Under the pieces are notes generated by a model, which worked only from the letters and a program-made list of their open reading frames with translations, was not told the DNA's origin and did no database searches. The translations under genes were made by a program, and so were the position numbers. This document shows positions 27,781 to 42,640 of a stretch of 64,000 nucleotides of DNA, piece after piece (positions within the stretch are counted from its first letter, which is position 1; each line of letters begins with the position of its first letter). This DNA is from Octopus vulgaris (Eukaryota): NCBI GenBank assembly GCA_951406725.2, contig OX597826.1, forward strand, positions 62,062,001 to 62,126,000, given 5' to 3'.

Positions 27781-28008
27781 TGCTCGACCTATTAGAAATA
27801 GAACATATGATATGGGTTCTATTTCTAATCTTAGCGTCGGGGACTAATCGATTAGATCAACACTAGCACTGAAAGGGTGCGTATTTCAACAACACCTAAA
27901 AAATTAAAGGCAGTGTCGTAATTGGCGGAATTTGAATTCGGAATGTAAAAGGGGTGCTGAACTGTTTGCCCTGCTCGACCTATTAGAAATAGAACCCATA
28001 TCATATGT
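27781..28008. repeat. Templated complex duplication (191-bp net insertion)
   Basis: 27827-27974 is the reverse complement of 27082-27229; 27803-27829 is the reverse complement of 27982-28008; 27781-27804 equals 27972-27995. Confidence 0.95.
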
Positions 28009-28811
28009 GAACGCTTTAAAGACGGGCGCATAGGATAGGAAAGTCCAAGACTAAGAAAGCAAGAGGATATTAGCGGCTGGAGCATCTTCTTATATACGTG
28101 TGCATAAGCAGAGCTCATGTGGGGGTACACAACATGTAGACCATCATCATCATCATCATCATCAACACCATTACAACATCATAATCAGCATCATCATGAT
28201 TATCATTACCACCACCACCACCATCATCATCATCAGCAGCAGCAGCAGCCGCCCAAGAAATTGGACCTGGAGATCTCCATTTCCAGCGACTTCGAGGGCC
28301 ACCGCCCAGTGGTGTTGGGCGTCATTGAAGAGCCCTCGACTACAACAAGATGACCAAAGTTTTTATTCCAAGGTCTGGGGTCCCCCGCCCCTAAGCCCTA
28401 GAGTCTAGGGCCTAGACCATCACCTAATCACCCTTACACGTCTTGTTGCTTAACAACAACAACAATAACAAGCAACAGCAACATCAACAATATCTACAAA
28501 AGAATGTTTAACACAAACCTGACCTATTCAAGTGTTCAGGAGCAAAACTCGTTGAAGACCCCACGAAGAATCTGCTTACACTCTGATGCGAAAGTGATAC
28601 CATGTTTTATACTTAATTTGTTTTGAAAGTATTTTAGTGTTCTCTTGTTATTTTCTTATACATTTTTTTTACTAATTACCGTTTGTATATACTTATTGCT
28701 GTAATTCTGTATAGTGACTAATCACTTGGATATTTTTAGCGTTGGCTGCAACTCTGTTATTACTTCGTGGCTAGACTACAGGAAATGTTAGTGCCATAAC
28801 TATATATCTGT

Positions 28812-28961
28812 CCATCATCATCATCATCATTGCCATCATCTCCAACACCATCGCCATCATCATCATCACCTTCATCATCATCATCATCATCACCATCATG
28901 ACTAATGCTATCATCGATATCGTTCTCAACATCCTTCTCGATCACCTCTTCATCGTCGTAC

Positions 28962-29001
<40 letters not shown>

Positions 29002-29130
29002 GTCGTCGTCATCATCATCATCATCGTCATCATCATCATCATCATCTTCATCGACATCGTCGTCGTCATTATCGTTGTTGTTGATATTGTTGTTGTTACT
29101 GTGGTGGTGGTGGTGATGGTGGTGGTAGTG
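28812..29130. repeat. (CAT)n compound microsatellite
   Basis: Visible directly. Confidence 0.9.
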
Positions 29131-30250
29131 GTCACCATCACTGCCATGGTCAACATCACCATTAGCATCACAAGCATGTATAACCGTTGACATAACACCA
29201 TCAACAATGCTAAAACCTCTGCACATTACCTCCGCTATCTAGAAATAGCAACCAAATCCCCTCTCAGCTCTTACCACCTCATCTTAAAATAAAGAATGGG
29301 GAAAAGGTCAAATTAGAAAATATAAATTCCCAGACACTAACCAAACGACGCTGTAGGTCTAGTAGCCTTCTCAGTTTTATTCACAATCGTCATCAACTTG
29401 ACTTGCGCCTTCAAATATCACACAGCCGCTTCTTTAAGTTCTCCAACTATTATCGAGAATAGGTTGCTGGTGATACGCAATTTCTTAATCGACATTGTTG
29501 TGGATTTGGGAAATGTGTAGAATTATTACATCCACATTTCCGTCGTTCATCAGCTGTTTCAATGTTCCTATAGAGTTATTCAAGCAACATAAGCTAGATT
29601 CTTACCACCCATAAACCCAACTGGGTGTTAACTAATGAGTAAATTTTTATCTTATTTTTCCCTTGGTTAATCGCTCAATGACCTGCTTACAAAACACGTA
29701 CTTTTAGCAGCAACTACATGTTCCTTCCAATGGGTAGGGCACATGTTATTGTTGCTCTTCAGTGTTGATGGTTTGTCACTGCAGGAAGAAACTACTGAAT
29801 AACATTTAAAATAGTTATCTTAGATCCATTTTCGTCTATCTTTTAAGTTTCAATTTTCCATGGTTCCAAATAAATATTTGGAAAAACTTCAAACGTTGTT
29901 GCAGTAGCTCATATTATTTATGGTTGATTCTTTTTCATCTCTCATATTGAAGTAAGCGATGGTTGTACTTCCGTATGTTGATCTGTGATCTTTATGGATT
30001 CAGCTGGCCTTTAAACTTGCGTGTGCCCTAACGCGCTATTCACAACACAGGTGACTGCCCCATTCATTTTTTCCTCAACGGATTTTGTGTTGCAGTCAGT
30101 GAAGTATTTCCTTGGAAGCATAGGCCTAATGTTGCAATGCGCTAAAAGGCAGATTCCTTTGCAAACTGATACATAAATACATGCATACATACATACACAT
30201 GTACATACATGCACATATGTATATATACATGCATGCATATATACATATAC

Positions 30251-30324
<74 letters not shown>

Positions 30325-30408
30325 AAATATATACGTACATATATATATTTCTATATATGTATACACGTATGCGTGTGTACATATGTATGCATATATATAC
30401 ATATATAT

Positions 30409-30457
<49 letters not shown>

Positions 30458-30893
30458 CACATATATATATACATGGTAAATGAAAGACGTAAGATGGATA
30501 CATACGTATAAACATATAAATACACGCATGTACATATGTATATACACGAATATATATGCATGTATATACACACATATAAATACACATATATACATATGTA
30601 TGTACACACATATATATATGTATGTGTGTATCATCATCATTGGCTATTTCATCTGTTTCTCCATGAAACAATGGTCTTTCTATGCTGTTGTCGTTCATGA
30701 CTAAGAAGGTCAAACCTTGTGTAATAGCTGACGATACACTACTTCTCTCACTCCGGACACAACTGTGAGAGGGCTATTATTGATAACGTTTTCTCTAGCA
30801 AGTCATCATTGTGAATTGTTAAAGAGATTCAAGCATACCGGTTTCGTAAGTTACTAATATTTGCTTTGAATACAACCATTCATTGCTTTGAAT

Positions 30894-30929
<36 letters not shown>

Positions 30930-30933
<4 letters not shown>

Positions 30934-31185
30934 ATAAATGTAAAAAAAACACAAACTGGGACAAGAACGCAAAATATTTAGAAGACGATACCAAAAAAAC
31001 TGACGAGACATTCGAAGCCTTCTATCTTCAGTCAAAAACCGGATCATCTTCGCAATTTCGGCTGATTAATTTTGAGATTCCTCCGACCTGGCCAGCCCCA
31101 AAGGAAAATCTAAGCCAAGCGCATTAGATTCCTTGGAAGAAAGCCTCGAATGTATACAAAACAGGGACGGGAACGAATAAAATAT
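30930..31185 (-). mobile_element. Probable PLE terminal fragment between (TA)n tracts
   Basis: TA-flanked unique segment with the HHR-like minus-strand motif gaCTGAAGAtagaaggcttcGAAtgtctcgTCag. Confidence 0.4.
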
Positions 31186-31218
31186 TTATAAATATATATA
31201 TATGCATGTATGCTTATA

Positions 31219-31249
<31 letters not shown>

Positions 31250-31592
31250 TTATATATATATATATATGTGTGTGTGTATTCTATATAGATAAAAGACGTA
31301 GAAAGGCTGTGAGGATAACTTGGTAGATCGGGTAAATGCTGTTTAGAAAACGGTGAAAAGTGGCCTGCAAACCTCCGCAGGGAATCGGAGGATTGCCAGC
31401 CACATTTGGCCACTTTTTTCAACTCCCTAAAAGGTATTCACCCGAATTTCTAATTTGTTTCCATGGTATTGCTGCGTTAGCGAATTCTTTTGTTTATGTA
31501 AAATACCGACATATGCAGCGCTTTATAAGTTGTTTAAAATATAAATGTATAAATATATATGCACACACATATAAATGCACACACATATAAAT

Positions 31593-31653
<61 letters not shown>

Positions 31654-32164
31654 CACATGCATAAATATTATGTGTATGTGTGTATACAAGCATACATACA
31701 TTTATAAACACGTGCGCACATATATATAAAGGCACCATGTTTGATAGTTTTAATGTCATCTGCCGTGATTTTGTTTTTTCACGAACATCAACCAGAAATA
31801 CTTTATAATCTATCATTTTATCTAAATGACAAGGAACCATCTTGACTGCAGAACACCTTCCCACATCCATACCAGCCTCCAGTTGTTATAGCTTATACAA
31901 TGGAGGGTGGGTGCCATGGCAGCGTGAGAATGAGCTGAAAAATCTCTCAGAATATTTCCAAGCCAATCTTTCAAAAGATTAGCTCCAACTGATCCGTCCA
32001 AGATGAAATGCTCGCCAAAACAATTTCGGAGCCTAGAAACAGCTAAATGATTAAATTAGTAGTCGTATACATACACAATACATACATACATACATACATA
32101 CATACATACATACATACATACATACATACATACATACATGCATACATACATACAAACATATGTG

Positions 32165-32195
<31 letters not shown>

Positions 32196-32255
32196 ATGTG
32201 TGTGTATATATGTATGTATAGGCATATATAGATACAGATACACACACACATACCA

Positions 32256-32334
<79 letters not shown>

Positions 32335-32444
32335 TATACATGCATGCATACATACGTTATCCTACGAAAAAAATCTAATTCTGTACAAGGAATATCACAT
32401 GCATACACACATATTTAGAAACACAAATCTTTACTTTTCTCCGT

Positions 32445-32526
<82 letters not shown>

Positions 32527-32529
32527 AAT

Positions 32530-32565
<36 letters not shown>

Positions 32566-32865
32566 TTATATATATACATATACGTATGCATACATGCTTG
32601 TTTGTATATGTAAGTGTGCATATATTTAAGTATATCCTTATCTTTCTATGTTTCTAGCTGTCTTACTATCTGCTTTTTTATCTATCGTACTATCAATCTG
32701 CTTGTGTGTTTACGTGCTTATAGATATATACGCATATACATATATATATATATATATATATACGAACATACGTGCATATCGATCTATCTATATCTCCCCT
32801 CTCTCTCTGTCTAGATAAATATATATATACATGTATATACATATATAGATATATATATATACACT

Positions 32866-32924
<59 letters not shown>

Positions 32925-33052
32925 TCAAAATAAGCAACAAGAATTTGGTACAATCGTTTCGTACTACATCATTTTATTAAATGTTGTAAGTATTACAACA
33001 GATTTAAGATGCTGAGTACTCATCAGCCAATATATATATATATATATATACA

Positions 33053-33142
<90 letters not shown>

Positions 33143-33889
33143 TATATATACATAAATACGTACATTCACTCATATATACATATATGCACATGCATATACA
33201 TAAGGTTGTCAAATGTGTGTACCTTTCTATTCTCACCATCATCATGACCAGCACTCTTTCATCCACCTCCTGGCACTTCAATCACGACCATGACCTGCAC
33301 TATCGGCGGCATCAGCGCAATTCCCACATGCAACGGCACTAACATAATCAGCACAAAGACGCACACACACGCATAGATATTTGCATACATATATGACTTG
33401 CTTCTTTCAGCTTCTATCTACCAAATCTGCTCACAAATCTTTAATCGTCCCGAGGCTATAAGATAAGAGAATTTCCTTAGGTACCACACAGTGGGACTGA
33501 ATCCGGAAGTATGTAGTTGGGAAGCAAATTTCTTCACACTTCTAGAGACCCAAACCTGTATACTCAGCTGCACTTGTTACCCACCCCCTACTTCTACACA
33601 TTCCCACGAGAGACAGTTTTAGAAAATAGTAGCCGACTAAAAGTAGGAACTAAATTTCAGTCAACTTGCATCATATATAGAAGGCAGGTCTTTTGGACAA
33701 CGTAATCGTAGTTTTAACGTATCTGAGAGTATAAAAGTGTGGCCAGGTTCGGTGCAAATATGACTGGGGATCAGCTGTACCTGGGAAAATCCAGGGCTTT
33801 ACAATGAGAACAGCTACTATTATTCCAATATTGGTTCAGGAATCTCATATCATCTCTGATGAAACTGGGGTCTAATTTACACGATGTAC

Positions 33890-35660
33890 TCATTGTGACA
33901 CTCTGTAGTCATTAAAGAAGCTGACAAATCAGGAGCCATTGGAATTAGGGACAAAACCTGTTATTCGGAAATGGTTCTAGAACATTTAAATCATAAACAT
34001 TTCTACAAATAATTAGAAACTAACCACTAATCAACAATGGACAAAACTGGAAATTTAGCGGGCAAAATGATTTCATGTAAAAGGATTTGAGGAACCACAA
34101 TAATTTTCTGGTAAATACAAGCAGCTTTTATGAATAAACAAAACTCCATCAATCTAAAGAAATCAATAACAGCTTAAATACTTCCATATACCATGTGTGA
34201 AAATTCCCAAATCATCTAACTGAAAATTACTTTAGAGCGTACATCTATCAAACAACGATTTGATATAATTATGAACTCATTGTGTAAATTAGTCCCCAGA
34301 AAGTGTAAATATAGTGACAATTCTAGTTAATTTCGATGTAACCAGGTTCACACAAATATGCTCATATATTAGAAATAGAAGCAGTATAATTCTGAATAGA
34401 AAATACCCACAAAGAATTCAGAAGATATTCTCGAATGATTCCCAAAAGAAGGATCGTGATTCATACTATAAAACAACTACTTCTTTTTCATAATCAATAT
34501 TGCCTAAAAGTATAAGGCACAGCAATGGAGAATAAAGTTGCACCAACATTTTTGACTCTCGGAGTATTATTCCTGGGAAACAAGAGTCTATAACATATCT
34601 GGAAATTCTTTAATCAACGTTTTCAATCCTATTCAATAGGAAAAGATCCTTGGATCTTGGATCATGACTGTTTCATGATTTGGAATAAAGGATGTCCCTA
34701 CGAGAGTACTTTATGGCAATTAATGAAAGGATACTTCTTTTATGGACATCCTGTTAATCAAAGAAGTGAGACACGTATAACCGTTTTATATTACAAAAGA
34801 CCGCACACACTAATATTTAGATGACAACTCTCTCCACCTATTCCACAATAAAAGGTGCTTCCCATGCAATATGGCAAAACCTACATTCTCAATAGTTACA
34901 CAAAAACAAACGACAGAAACGATTGGTAAGAGTATGTGCCTTCAAAAACAAAAAAATACCGCGATAACTTAATAAAATATAACATAACCAACGCGAATGA
35001 AATCCCAATCCCTGCTTTACAGAGAAATATTCACAATGAGATGAGAATGAAAACGAAAACGTAAATATAAATATTCCATCTATAGTCACCCATAATCCTA
35101 GGAATATCAATAACTTACACTCTGCAAAGTGACACCATCCTAGTCTGTATCAGTCATCGAATCTCTGACAAATAAATGAAGTATCACGAATTATCAACAA
35201 ACGAAGTCAATCACCAAACTTAAAAGACCCGTAGCAAAGGCGAATTTCGCTTTCGGAAAAAGAAATAATGCTGGTTACAAACAGTACAAATCCTCGTTGT
35301 AGAACTTGTGAAATAACTGAACAAAGAACCAAATGAGAGAATGGGAGGGCATTGAAGAGGAAAGAAAAAGTGCATTGCGAAAATAAACATTTCTTGTACT
35401 GCACTACATACCTCCAACGCAATGAGGATTATATGAGAATAACCGGATCAAAATTAATCAGCCGTGTGTGAGTGAACAAAGAGTAAATTAAGGATTCATC
35501 TCTTAGAAGTATTCCATGTAGCGAACATGTAGACACTTGAGCGAATAGAAAATGGAAATTATTTTCTTTTTCCAAAATAAAAGTAAAAAAATTAAAAAAT
35601 AGGAAAGGCTAAAAAATATTATAAGAATTTTGAATCCGAAACGAAACTGTAATTAGTCAA
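33890..35660 (+). pseudogene. Old, heavily decayed Penelope-like element (RT to GIY-YIG)
   Basis: VIKEADKSGA, ILVNFDVT, GTAMENKVAPTF, DCFMIW, FMDILL, VTHNPRN, EHVDT*AN, collinear with the 15.8-17.3 kb protein. Confidence 0.75.
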
Positions 35661-35710
35661 CACCATTATATACACACGTATATGTACACACACACACACA
35701 TATATATACG

Positions 35711-35789
<79 letters not shown>

Positions 35790-35852
35790 GTATATATATA
35801 TATATGTATGTACACATATATACTTACAAGTATATACATGTACATATATATA

Positions 35853-35897
<45 letters not shown>

Positions 35898-37073
35898 GCA
35901 TAAATACACAAATATACACGAAAACGTGCAAACAGTATACACATAGACATACACACATACGTATAAGTGGAAAGAACAGCAAATGAATTGACATAACTAT
36001 CGTCATTAAAACGATTTTAGAATTATAGGCAAAAATACGCTGAAAGTTTGAATTATAGGCATTAGGGAGGAAATCTCTCTTATGTTGCTAAAAAACAAAA
36101 AAAGAAATACACATAATATAAATGCCCAGCACTATATTTGACACCTTATTTTTGGAATTTCGAAATATTTATTCACTGTTAATATGGTAATTTATTTTTG
36201 CGATAATTTGGGAGAAGCTATCCAGATTCCGTTTCAAGATAAATCTGATTATTTCGCAGTTTGAGCCTATAAAGGCTCTCATTACTGCACATAAACATAA
36301 GACATTTTAGCGCAATTATTGCAGTGGCTCTGGATTTAATGATAATGATGAAGAAGGAACTATGTAATAAATGATGCAGAATTTCCTGTGTGAAACATGA
36401 AAGAATTCGAGCCATGACTTTTTCCTCCATATTAATATTAAATTGTACCATTTATACTACTTCAGCACATGTGAGCATGCATCTGAGACCATATATATAT
36501 ATATATATATATATGCATATATATTTATCTATGTATGTATGTATATATGTATATATATATATATATATATATACATATATATATACATACACATATATAA
36601 ATATATATATATATGCATATACATACATTCCAGCCTACATATGAAAACATGGGTTATCCTGTGTGGGTTGGAACGTACGTATGAATGTATGAATATATGT
36701 ATCTAAAGATATATGTCTAATTGAGAATGCATGTGGATCACGATATGTCTGCGAGTTAGTGTTTGTATGAGAAAACAGTACTTTTATGATATATATATAT
36801 ATATATATATATCTTTATGTAAAATTCAGCAAAAGTCAATCTTAATTCTCACTGAATTATAAAGCAATCAATATGGAAAATGTAAACATAATTATAACTG
36901 TCTGTTTGATGTATGTCTCATTATTAAAACCCTTCTTTTTTCCCCCGCAGTCAGTTAAGTATAAACCAGTGTACTTATATATAAAACATTGCTATCTATT
37001 TACACTTACAGAATAATACATGCAAACTATATATATATAGGTAAATGCATGCATACATACATATACATTATAT

Positions 37074-37114
<41 letters not shown>

Positions 37115-37130
37115 ATACACACACACACAA

Positions 37131-37186
<56 letters not shown>

Positions 37187-37187
<1 letters not shown>

Positions 37188-37680
37188 GTTGAAATTTACA
37201 GGAAAACAAAAGACGAAGATAGATGCATGATCTACAAGTAGGTGTATAAGTTTGACGCTTGGGAGAGTAAAAAAGTATTTTCACGTTTCGAGCCTACGCT
37301 CTTCAACAGAAAGTAAGAAGAGAAAATGAATAGAGAATGAATAAAAGAAACTTGTGAATTTAGCGATCAAGCTTGACGACAGGTTGGGGAAAAAAGGTTT
37401 GACAGGAGAGGTAGGAAGAAGGGGAGATATTACAGTATTGGTGATCCCAAGATGAAGGTACAATGGCGCGCGTGTGTATGTATGTGAGACTGTGTAAGTG
37501 TGTGTGGATGGGAGCTAGTCACTTTGACGTGTGGATGTGTGCATCTTAAATGTGTGGATGTGCGAAAGATGGTGTAGAGTGAGGGTGCTGGGAAGTGGTC
37601 AGTGCTAGTGTGTATCGAGTGGTGCAGAGTGGTGAGTTGTGGTGTGGAGGTGTGGGGTGTGGTTTGGCGGTGTGGGGTTA
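37187..37680 (-). mobile_element. PLE terminal fragment, same family as 57460-57880, with HHR variant at 37278-37313
   Basis: cttt-CTGTTGA-a-gagc(gtag)gctc-GAAA-cg-tgaaaa; begins at (TA)n. Confidence 0.65.
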
Positions 37681-37683
37681 CTC

Positions 37684-38040
37684 GTTTCAGTCATGCGGCT
37701 GCGCTCATGCCTTAGCACCACTGCTGTCTTTCTGATTACCACAGTTTAGAGTGTTTCACATAACCATTCTTGTTTGTGCCTTTGTCCCAGCTGTTGGTCC
37801 ATTTGGTGTATAAGGGAGTTTAATTCCGCTGCCCTGGTCAGTACCTCATGTCGAGCTGTTGGTTCATCCGGTATTGTGGACAGGAGGATGTCTAGTACCT
37901 TTTTGAAGACTTCAAACCTTCTGCAGTATTCTTAATTTTTGTGGCAGTGCATTGAAGAGCCGTACACCTTTGAAACCTAACCTAGTGCAGTACCTGGGCC
38001 TAAATTAAGATGAAGTGAATGGTACCTTAGGTACAATACA
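37684..38040 (-). mobile_element. CR1-like LINE 3' end
   Basis: LGFKGVRLFNALPQKLR...LDILLSTIPDEP...RAAELNSLIHQ, stop near 37746, then a tail resembling the SINE-B tail. Confidence 0.7.
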
Positions 38041-38089
38041 AACACACACACACACACACACATATACACAGAGACACACACACACATAG

Positions 38090-38136
<47 letters not shown>

Positions 38137-38143
<7 letters not shown>

Positions 38144-38253
38144 ATCACGTGACCGACCAGGTATCAGATGTTACTACACATCACTGGTCACAATGCGCAT
38201 CGCATTGATTTAGCCTTCAAATGACGCCACCCCGCTGGCTAAGCGAGCAGGCC
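38137..38253 (-). mobile_element. SINE-like terminal fragment (family C)
   Basis: Close match to 18115-18234. Confidence 0.65.
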
Positions 38254-38473
38254 ATTTCTGTGGTTTTACTGAGATCTCCCTTTTAGTACAAAGAATAGCT
38301 ATAACTCTTTGACTGCTATTTCTAAATTCGGTATGTGGTGAGGCAAATCATTGCTAAACCCTTAATTACTTAGTATTACTTAAACTTTCCTCGAATGAGG
38401 CTTTTACATGCCGAAATCTACTTGGTGAAATTAATGATTATTCCAAATTAATTAATTTCACCCTATATTATTA

Positions 38474-38539
<66 letters not shown>

Positions 38540-38878
38540 CATACATACATAATATATATACATTTATAATATATATACATATGTATATATATATACACAC
38601 ACAAACATACACATACACGCACATACACAGACACACACACACACGAACGCACACAGATACACAGACACACATACATGCACATCTATATATTCTTACCTAC
38701 AGAATAAAAACAAGCATTGGCTGAAAAAAATTTATTCGATAGATGAATTCACTCGCATATTTATTATAGATTTCTTGACAGCCACCTAAAACTTTCGCAG
38801 TTCGTGTTTGTTCAAATTGACAGATTCAATAAGCCATCACGGAAAAAAAAAACTCTTAGCCAATGAAAACAATCGTAA

Positions 38879-38949
<71 letters not shown>

Positions 38950-39285
38950 GCATTTAGTTATATGAGTGCGTGCATGTTGATGTATATGTATACATATGTG
39001 TGTGTGTGTGTGTGTGAGTGTGCGTGTGTGTGTAAATGTATGTGAGTGTATGGTTGTACGTGAATAAGTGTTTCTTTTACATAACGGAAATAATATACAA
39101 TAACAATAGAGATGGTACGGGACAATGTTTAACAAGTATTATATAAGCTGAATGCTTAAATAGAAATTATGTAATGATGTCTCAGCGTTTCCGACAGTAG
39201 GTCATTATCATAAGGCAAAGAAAATAATTTAGGGAGTGAGTAAGGAGAATATAAAAAAGCAATAAAACTTGTGCTGGAGAAAATG

Positions 39286-39435
<150 letters not shown>

Positions 39436-39692
39436 TTGCTGTCTGTCTGTCTATCTCTTTCTCCATTTCCCTCTCTCTCTCCACCCATCCTACAACTGTT
39501 CGTTATGGGAAGGATCTTGTACATCCAATTGTGTTGCACCAATCAGTGTAGTCTGTGTCACATCAGGTACATGAATAAAGAAGAGGATGCTCTACTAGAT
39601 ATACTGAGTTGTGCTAACCATGTCGCTCGTGTGTGTCGTGTGTTCGTTATGACTGGCTACAATTTTCCTTGAGTATACAAACCAGATAACTG

Positions 39693-39780
<88 letters not shown>

Positions 39781-40497
39781 GAATACCTATCTCACATGAC
39801 GAGTGATATGCAAAGGTCGTTACAAATACTGTGAGATAGGAAGTCGAAAAGTCGGCGAGGTTGATCATAAATAGTCGTATCTTACTTGTCTAACTATACT
39901 GCTAGAGTACATAGAACTTAGGAGGAAATACTAATAATGCAAAAATACTAAAATCGTGAATCATGTGACGGAATAACAAGCAAATGAGATATGAGATAAT
40001 AACAATTCAAAGTAAATAACTTTCAAAATGGCTTTTGTGCGTTCCCAGAGAATATTACACTCAGCGGCGCTAGTGTTGGTATATTCGTGAATAAGTCACT
40101 AACAGAAATAAGTGGATCTATTGTTTAGGAAAATACTATTTATTTCTTTAAGGGTTGTACTGGATAAATTGCGAAAGTAACTTTAACAGTTCAAACACTA
40201 ATAAATAAGCATACTCAATTTGATTTATACCAAATGATTTAGAAAACGGAATGGGTTATATCCCTTGGTTGTTAAAATCTGGGCTATCAATATGATATAT
40301 ATCAGATGTATATAAGGATCCCTTCAAGGGTGCCAATTATAGATTTGTTCAACAATTTGAGTATGTCATAAGGTTTCCATACATGAGTTCTACTCACATG
40401 TCAATTGTCATCAATATCGATAAAACGATGTAGGAGGATTTAGCTAACAACTCCACAAACACACCGACAGACAGAATTTCCCAAATATGTATGTATG

Positions 40498-40531
<34 letters not shown>

Positions 40532-40593
40532 TGTATGTATGTATGTATATATATATGTATGTATGTATGTATGTATGCATGCATGTATGTATG

Positions 40594-40645
<52 letters not shown>

Positions 40646-40764
40646 CATGCAAACTGTTACTCAGAGTTTGACGTGAGCATTTATCGAAAGGTCACATGAA
40701 ATTCCAACTGATAGTTTATAAATAATTTTCAACCTTAATAGACCTGTGTGTGTGTGTGTGTGAG

Positions 40765-40950
40765 CATCGTTTACAACCTTTGTTGGTGTGTTTGCATCTA
40801 CGTTATTATCGGTTCGGCAAAATGTCCGATAGAATAAGTAGCAGGCTTAAAATGCAAGCACTGTGGACGATTCGTTCGACTAAAACTCTTGAACAAGATG
40901 CCCCAGCATGGCCGCAATCATAACTTGAAACAAGTAAAAGAATAAAGGAA
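40765..40950 (+). mobile_element. SINE-B 3' half, degenerate
   Basis: cggttcggcaaaa..cgatagaataagta..gccccagcatggccgca..gaaacaagtaaaagaataaa. Confidence 0.7.
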
Positions 40951-41288
40951 TACACACACACACTCACATATACGCGCGCGCTTGTATATATGTGTGTCTA
41001 TCTCTCTGTATGTGTGTGTATGTTTGTGTGTTTGTGCGTGTGTGTGTGTGTGTGTGTGGTGTCCGTGTTACTGTTGTGATTCGTCAAGCTTAGAATGAAG
41101 AATTAACTTCTTCAACGACACCCTCTAATGGCGTCGAACTCACAATCCTGTTATTACAGCTAAAGGATGTGAAGTAAACTGAGATCTCCGCGTCTATTTT
41201 CACTCCTTTTAATTTATTTACTGTTTTGGTTTTAAGCTAAACCTAAACGTCATTGCATTATCTATGAATATTACAAGGAATATCTTTC

Positions 41289-41553
41289 TGTTGTAACGTA
41301 ATTTGTTACGTACAATAAAGATAACCAGATAACTGTAAAAACAACCTAACGAACTAATAAATCTCTTTAGTAACCATCGATCAATATTCCTTATGAACTA
41401 ACGAACAGTCACCTTCCGACTTCACTGCGAACTGACACAAACTTCACTCGAATCCGAACTCTGAGCTTTGAACTCACTCGGATCGTTACTATTTATACTT
41501 TACTCGAACCAGTCTATCGCTTGCAAGGGGGCGTCGTAACTCTCATCACAACA
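41289..41553 (-). mobile_element. Probable LTR (TGTTGT...ACAACA) next to the Gypsy integrase
   Basis: Inverted termini tgttgt/acaaca and minus-strand TATAAA; no clear TSD. Confidence 0.45.
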
Positions 41554-41929
41554 TCAAACTTTTTGAGACTTCGACTATTGTGAGAAAATGGAATTTCTTT
41601 TCTTTCATTTTTTCTTTCCAGCACCTCACCCAATGTTTCTATTTCTCTTTCTTTTTTAGCTATTGTATCTTAATTGTTCCCCATCTTTTTAAGTAGTGTT
41701 GTTCATTGCACACAGCACATTTTATTTTCGTTGTACTAAGTGTCCCTGTTAGTACTTTTGAAATTTTCTGGGTTTTTTTTTAATTTGAAAATTTAATATC
41801 TTTTTCGATTAGGTATTACTTCCAGATATTCAGTCTGTTTCTCTCGGTACTGGCACTTCAAACATATCGATGACTTCCATTGGTATTACTCTTCCTTCTT
41901 CTGTATATCTCATGTTTAACAGGTTAAGG

Positions 41930-42405
41930 TCTCTCTTACGTTCCAAAGTTGTCTTTAAATTAATTACATGATGTTACATAATCCTTTGATTACACAGCCA
42001 TCCTCCCAACATTCTTTACCATTTTTTGCAATTTTTAAAATAACTTTATATCATATTTCGAAATAGATCGATTTTATTTTATGCACGAACATTAACTCTG
42101 GTGGTGACATTCCTGAATTAGTATTTGGATTTGGTGTTATTCTATATACTCTCAAAAATTTCGTTAGTGCCTCGTCATTATCTACCTCGTTCCTAGCTTT
42201 TCCTAAAGCTCTTTTGAATGTGTTGACAAGTCGTTCTACCTGCCAATTTGACCTTGGGTGGTAGGGCGGAGCAAAGATGTGCTCTATAGAATGTATTTTG
42301 CAGAAATTTCTAAATTCATATGCCGTGATTTCTGTTCCAATATCTGAAACTAACGTGTTTGGAACACCGTATCGAGCAAATAACTCGAGTAGAAATGTTA
42401 TTGTC
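41930..42405 (-). pseudogene. Ty3/Gypsy integrase core fragment
   Basis: ELFARYGVPNTLVSDIG..EFRNFCK...APPYHPRSNWQVERLVNTFKRAL...YRITPNP..SPPELMF. Confidence 0.9.
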
Positions 42406-42407
42406 CT

Positions 42408-42640
42408 CTTTGCGATGTTGGGGGGACAAACACTGACACACAAACATATACACATATATCTATATATACATATATACGAGGGGCTTCTTTCAGTTTTCGT
42501 CTGCCAAATCCACTCACAAGGTTTTGGTCGGCCGCAGGCTATAGTAGAAGACACTTGCCCAAGGTGCTACGCACTGGGACTGAACCCGGAACCATGTGGT
42601 TCGTAAGCAAGCTACTTACCACACAGTCATTCCTACGCCT
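42408..42640 (-). mobile_element. SINE-B 5' portion
   Basis: Matches the 5' half of 12721-13173. Confidence 0.85.
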
